In this document: piece by piece, positions 60,346 through 64,000 of the stretch
Layout: each line of letters starts with the position of its first letter
Numbering within the stretch: position 1 is the first letter of the stretch
DNA from: Bradymonadia bacterium
GTDB taxonomy: Bacteria > Myxococcota_A > Bradymonadia > UBA7976 > UBA1532
Direction of reading: 5' to 3'
NCBI GenBank assembly: GCA_046290225.1
Contig: JBKAGE010000036.1
Location: forward strand, 64,001-128,000
Length of the DNA: 64,000 nucleotides
Position numbers and translations under genes: made by a program
Notes under the pieces: model-generated
Databases searched by the model: none
What the model was told of the DNA's origin: nothing
What the model saw: only the letters and a program-made list of their open reading frames with translations

Positions 60346-60965
60346 GGCTCCGGCGCTGCGGCGGCGTCAGCCGCCGTGACGCCGGCGATCTCCCGCCCAG
60401 ATGCGACCTTTCCGTCCTCGAGGTAGCGCAGCTACCTCTGCGGGTGAAAGCCCGCATCTGGACGAGACCTCACCGACCTCACGACGACTGCCACCACCTC
60501 CGCGCCTCCGCGGGGCGCGTGCATAGGTGGGTTATGGCTTTGTGGGGCTCTTTGGGGCTTCTGACTGCCGTCCTCTCTGCCAGCTCGTGCGGTACGCTCT
60601 TCCAGCTTTGCAGGACGGTTGTCGTGAGTTTTTTGGCCTTTGAGTGGTGTGCAAAGTCTTCTGAGAGACACACTCACAGCCTCTTCCGAGAGTCTTCAAG
60701 ACCAAACCACGCAGGTCGCAGCCCCGCGGAGCGCCGTAGGTGGCGACAGCCGTCGTGAGCGTGGTGAGTTTGCGTGCAGATGCGTTGGAGAAAGCGCAGG
60801 CGTAGCAGCGCTACGCCGAGCATTTTTCCAACGCATCTGTGCGTGAAATCGCCGCACTCATGGCGGCTGGCGCCGCCGGAGGCGCGGAGCCCGCTCACGG
60901 CGGCTGGCGCCGCCGGAGGCGCGGAGCCCGCTCATGGCGGCTGGCGCCGCCGGAGGCGCGGAGCT
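60346..60965. repeat. REP/REPIN-like mosaic: two composite palindromic modules plus tandem 37-bp units
   Basis: 37-bp unit CGCTCAYGGCGGCTGGCGCCGCCGGAGGCGCGGAGCC x3 (60855-60965). Inverted or degenerate copies at 60346-60381, 60477-60516 and 60717-60761. Two 61-bp hairpins at 60399-60459 and 60778-60838. Confidence 0.85.
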
Positions 60966-61513
60966 TAAAAGAACACGCCGCCGTAGAACATGAGCTGGTG
61001 GTGGCGGATGTCATCACCACCAAAGTCGCTCTTGGTTTCATTGGTGAGCTGATACTCGTAACGAATCTCAGCGCCCACCTTAACCACCTGCAGATCAAAG
61101 CTGCCCTCCAGGGCGACCGGCAGATACCAGACCATATCTTCCGTCGTACCATCCGGAGCCTCGGTGCTCAGGGCCCAACGGGGCTCCAGACCAGCGCCCA
61201 GGCTGAGGTTCACCAGCGGCAGCGGCAGGAGGCCCACCTTCGCCAGCACGGGGATGCCCAGCCGTGTCTCGTCAGAGTTGAAGGAACGGTACATCAGATC
61301 AGCCTCGACGGTGATCACTGGCAGCTCCAGCACCAACGCGCCGCCGATGGCAAATGGGCTGTAGTCATCGGGCTCGGGGGTACCATCAGGCAAATCGAAG
61401 CTCGAAGTCCCTACCCCAAGCTTGACCCCTTTCTTGATCCCCAGGGCGTTCGCCGAGGTGGCGACGCCCAGCACCAGAGCGGCCATCACAGTCAGGCTCA
61501 ACAGTTTACGCAT
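60965..61513 (-). CDS. Small outer-membrane beta-barrel protein
   Basis: Signal peptide MRKLLS...ANA; GVKLG strand; terminal GGVFF. Confidence 0.75.
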   Translation of the reverse strand: MRKLLSLTVMAALVLGVATSANALGIKKGVKLGVGTSSFDLPDGTPEPDDYSPFAIGGALVLELPVITVEADLMYRSFNSDETRLGIPVLAKVGLLPLPLVNLSLGAGLEPRWALSTEAPDGTTEDMVWYLPVALEGSFDLQVVKVGAEIRYEYQLTNETKSDFGGDDIRHHQLMFYGGVFF

Positions 61514-61779
61514 CGTCGACTCCTTCATTCGGCCGCCGAGAGAGCGGCCCTTGGTGGACACAGATCGGCTCTTACCCCCTGCCCCGCGCCAGCGCAACCT
61601 TGCCACCGGCGTCGCCCGACAGAAACAGCCCTCGCATCTCGGCGTCGTGGGCGCTAACCTGCGCCGCCCGCGAGGACCGTGCCTGTGACATCGACCCGAT
61701 GTCCCGAAGCGCTCACGCGCTCGCGGAAGAGGGTTTCAGACACGGGGCCCCGAATCACCGAACGCCCAAGAGGAGGCGG

Positions 61780-63843
61780 ATGTTCACTGAAGATTTCGTC
61801 ATCGACAACGCCAAGATCACCCTGGAGGCCGGCCATTGGGCTCCACAGGCCCTTGGCGCCGTCGTCGCCCGCCATCAGAAGACCGTGATCCTCGCCGCGG
61901 TGGTGGCCAAACCCAGCACCGCGCAGACCGACTTCCTGCAGCTCACCGTCGACTACCGGGAGCGGACCTCTGCCGTGGGCCGGATCCCGGGCGGCTTTGG
62001 TCGCCGCGAGGGCCGGGCCTCCGAGCGCGAGGTGCTCACCAGCAGGCTCATCGATCGCACGATCCGCGGGCGTTGCCCTGAGGGCCTGCAGGCGGAGATT
62101 CATCTCAGCGTCACCGTCTTCAGCGCTGATCGAGGCACCGATCTCGAGGGCCTCGCCATCACCGCCGCCGGCGCCGCCATGACCCTCTCCGGGTTGCCCA
62201 TGCACGGCCCGGTTGTGGGTCTGAGCATGAGCGCCGGCAAAGGCAAGCTGCACACCTTCGTCGCGGCGCCCAAAGCCGAGCGCCATGATCACGGCCTCGT
62301 AGCCGCCTTCAGCCGTGACGGCCTGCTCATGCTCGAGGGGGGCGGCACGCCCATCTCCGACCTCGAGCTGATGTTGTTGTTGAACCGTGGTGCCGCAGCA
62401 GTGGAGCCCGCCTTCGACGCCATCGAACGCCTCGCCGCCAAGGCCGGCCGCTCTGGCCACTGGACCGTGACGCCTGTGGCCACCGAGGCCCAGCTCGAGG
62501 CATGGGCCGAGCGTCATGGCGGAGACATCCGCGCCGCTCTGAGCCACGCCGACACCCCGACACGCAAACAGGCCTTGTCCAGCCTCAAGGCCGACGCCCT
62601 CGCTGTGGAGGGTGGCCCCAGCGCGATGCAGTGGTCTGCTCTGGTGAAGCACATGATCACCAAGGGCACTCGCAGCGGCCAGCGCATCGGCGGCCGTGGG
62701 GCCCACGAGGTTCGGGCCCTGGGCGCTTCAGTGGGCCAGTTGCCCGCCTGTCACGGCGACGCGCTGTTCACGCGGGGCGAGACCCAGGTCCTCGCCTCTG
62801 CCACCCTCGGCGGCGCTCGTGAAGGGCTGGCCCGAGACGGCGTGCAGCATGGTGGGCACACCCCATTCTTCCTGCACTACAACTTCCCCGACTACGCAGT
62901 GGGTGAGGTCCGCCTGGGCCGCGGCGCTCCCAACCGTCGCGAGACCGGGCATGGTGCCCTCGCCGCCCGCGCCCTGCGCTCACAGCTGCCTGGCGACGCC
63001 TTCCCCATGGCGGTCCGTGTGGTGGCTGACGTGCTCAGCGCCAACGGCTCGTCTTCGATGGCCACCGTCTGCGCCGGCAGCCTCGCCCTCATGGACGCCG
63101 GGGTGCCCCTCACGGCTCCCGTGGCTGGTGTGACGGTGGGCTTCTTCGGTGATATCGAGGACTACACGCTCGTCACCGACTTGCTCGGCGAAGAAGACAG
63201 CGCCGGTCAGATGGATCTGAAGGTCGCAGGGACAACCGACGGGGTCACCGCGCTCCAACTCGACCACGAGCTCAACGGCTTGCCGGTCGAGATCTTCATG
63301 GAGGCGCTGGCAGCCGCTCAGACCGGGCGAGTGCAGATCCTCGAGGCCATGGGCGCCGCTCTGGCGGCCTCGCGAACCACCACCAAGAGCCACGGGCCAG
63401 CCTTCGCCCACATCGCGCTGTCTGCAGAGCAAGCAGCCCAGCTCAACGCTCAGGGCCAGCGTCAGCTCGAGACGATTCGCAGCCAGACCAAGTGTCAGAT
63501 TCAGTTGCTGACCGAGCCCACAGCTGCATGGATCGTGGCAAAGGACCACGACGGGCTGAACAAGGCCATCGAAGGCCTGACGCCGCGCCCTGCTTTGGAG
63601 CAGGGCAAGGTGTACGAGGCCCGCGTGAAGTCGATGCGCCCCTTCGGCGCCATCGTCGAGGTGGATGGTCATGAGGGCCTAGTACACATCTCGGAGCTGG
63701 CCGAGCCACGCCCTGCAGAGGCTACTGATGTGGTGAATGTGGGGGACGCGTGCCCAATCATGGTGATCGGCCATGATGATCGAGGGCGCCCTCGCCTGAG
63801 CCGAAAGGCGGCGCTCGCGGCCAGCGTGCCTCAGGACGATTGA
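61780..63843 (+). CDS. pnp: Polynucleotide phosphorylase-like protein (divergent)
   Basis: LTVDYRE, GRIPGG..RREG, SRLIDR, FTRGETQ, HYNFP, RRETGHG, NGSSSMA, MDLKVAG, S1 domain (GLVHISEL); AGGAGG RBS. Confidence 0.88.
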   Translation: MFTEDFVIDNAKITLEAGHWAPQALGAVVARHQKTVILAAVVAKPSTAQTDFLQLTVDYRERTSAVGRIPGGFGRREGRASEREVLTSRLIDRTIRGRCPEGLQAEIHLSVTVFSADRGTDLEGLAITAAGAAMTLSGLPMHGPVVGLSMSAGKGKLHTFVAAPKAERHDHGLVAAFSRDGLLMLEGGGTPISDLELMLLLNRGAAAVEPAFDAIERLAAKAGRSGHWTVTPVATEAQLEAWAERHGGDIRAALSHADTPTRKQALSSLKADALAVEGGPSAMQWSALVKHMITKGTRSGQRIGGRGAHEVRALGASVGQLPACHGDALFTRGETQVLASATLGGAREGLARDGVQHGGHTPFFLHYNFPDYAVGEVRLGRGAPNRRETGHGALAARALRSQLPGDAFPMAVRVVADVLSANGSSSMATVCAGSLALMDAGVPLTAPVAGVTVGFFGDIEDYTLVTDLLGEEDSAGQMDLKVAGTTDGVTALQLDHELNGLPVEIFMEALAAAQTGRVQILEAMGAALAASRTTTKSHGPAFAHIALSAEQAAQLNAQGQRQLETIRSQTKCQIQLLTEPTAAWIVAKDHDGLNKAIEGLTPRPALEQGKVYEARVKSMRPFGAIVEVDGHEGLVHISELAEPRPAEATDVVNVGDACPIMVIGHDDRGRPRLSRKAALAASVPQDD

Positions 63844-63877
63844 GGCACACCACCGACTTGGAAGCGTATCTGGCCGC

Positions 63878-64000
63878 CTACGAGCTCTCCACCTCGCCCT
63901 CAGAGTTCATATAATACGCGTTGCCGAAGTGCAGCACGTAGTTCCCCGACTCGATCCAATCCCGGGCCATGTCCGGGTCTCCCCCACCCTCCATCAGATC
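63878..64000 (-). CDS. 3' end of an unknown gene running off the window
   Basis: Open frame ...ARDWIESGNYVLHFGNAYYMNSEGEVESS-stop, convergent with pnp. Confidence 0.5.
   Translation of the reverse strand, partial: DLMEGGGDPDMARDWIESGNYVLHFGNAYYMNSEGEVESS

Noticed and set aside
60432..60898. Several 64-104-aa ORFs inside the REP-like mosaic
   Set aside because: They have no RBS, typical codon bias or recognisable motifs, and they overlap palindromic repeats.
60855..60965. 37-bp palindromic direct repeats resembling a mini-CRISPR
   Set aside because: The units are head-to-tail with no spacers, and there are no cas genes in the window.

Overview
This is a GC-rich bacterial chromosomal window, most likely Myxococcota or a related delta-proteobacterium (inferred from a MYXO-CTERM-like sorting tail, many lipoproteins and sigma-54 signals). 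It holds about 48 CDSs and no rRNA, tRNA or CRISPR array that I can detect. Housekeeping content includes prfB with a +1 frameshift, lysS, lolC/E-lolD-bamA-skp-lpxD-lpxA, def, bcp, an orphan nuoI and a divergent pnp. Accessory content includes an MBOAT plus two SGNH proteins near a SpoIID-like gene, a MoxR/DUF58 operon, an Rpn nuclease with a likely internal antitoxin start, and a GAF-sigma-54 activator/MBL hydrolase operon with a recognisable promoter and enhancer layout. There is also a PHP-FolE-like-SDR cluster whose FolE lacks the triphosphate-binding residues, and two structured intergenic repeat elements. The standout is a ~3,950-aa secreted protein (5470-17334) with exactly 56 RCC1-like repeats (8x7). 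Its linker pattern (1+3x6 | 7 | 4x6+6) suggests eight seven-bladed propellers built as a nested, out-and-back hairpin rather than in tandem. Ca-binding TSP3-like repeats and a ~380-aa left-handed beta-helix follow. All calls come from reading motifs by eye; no database searches were run.
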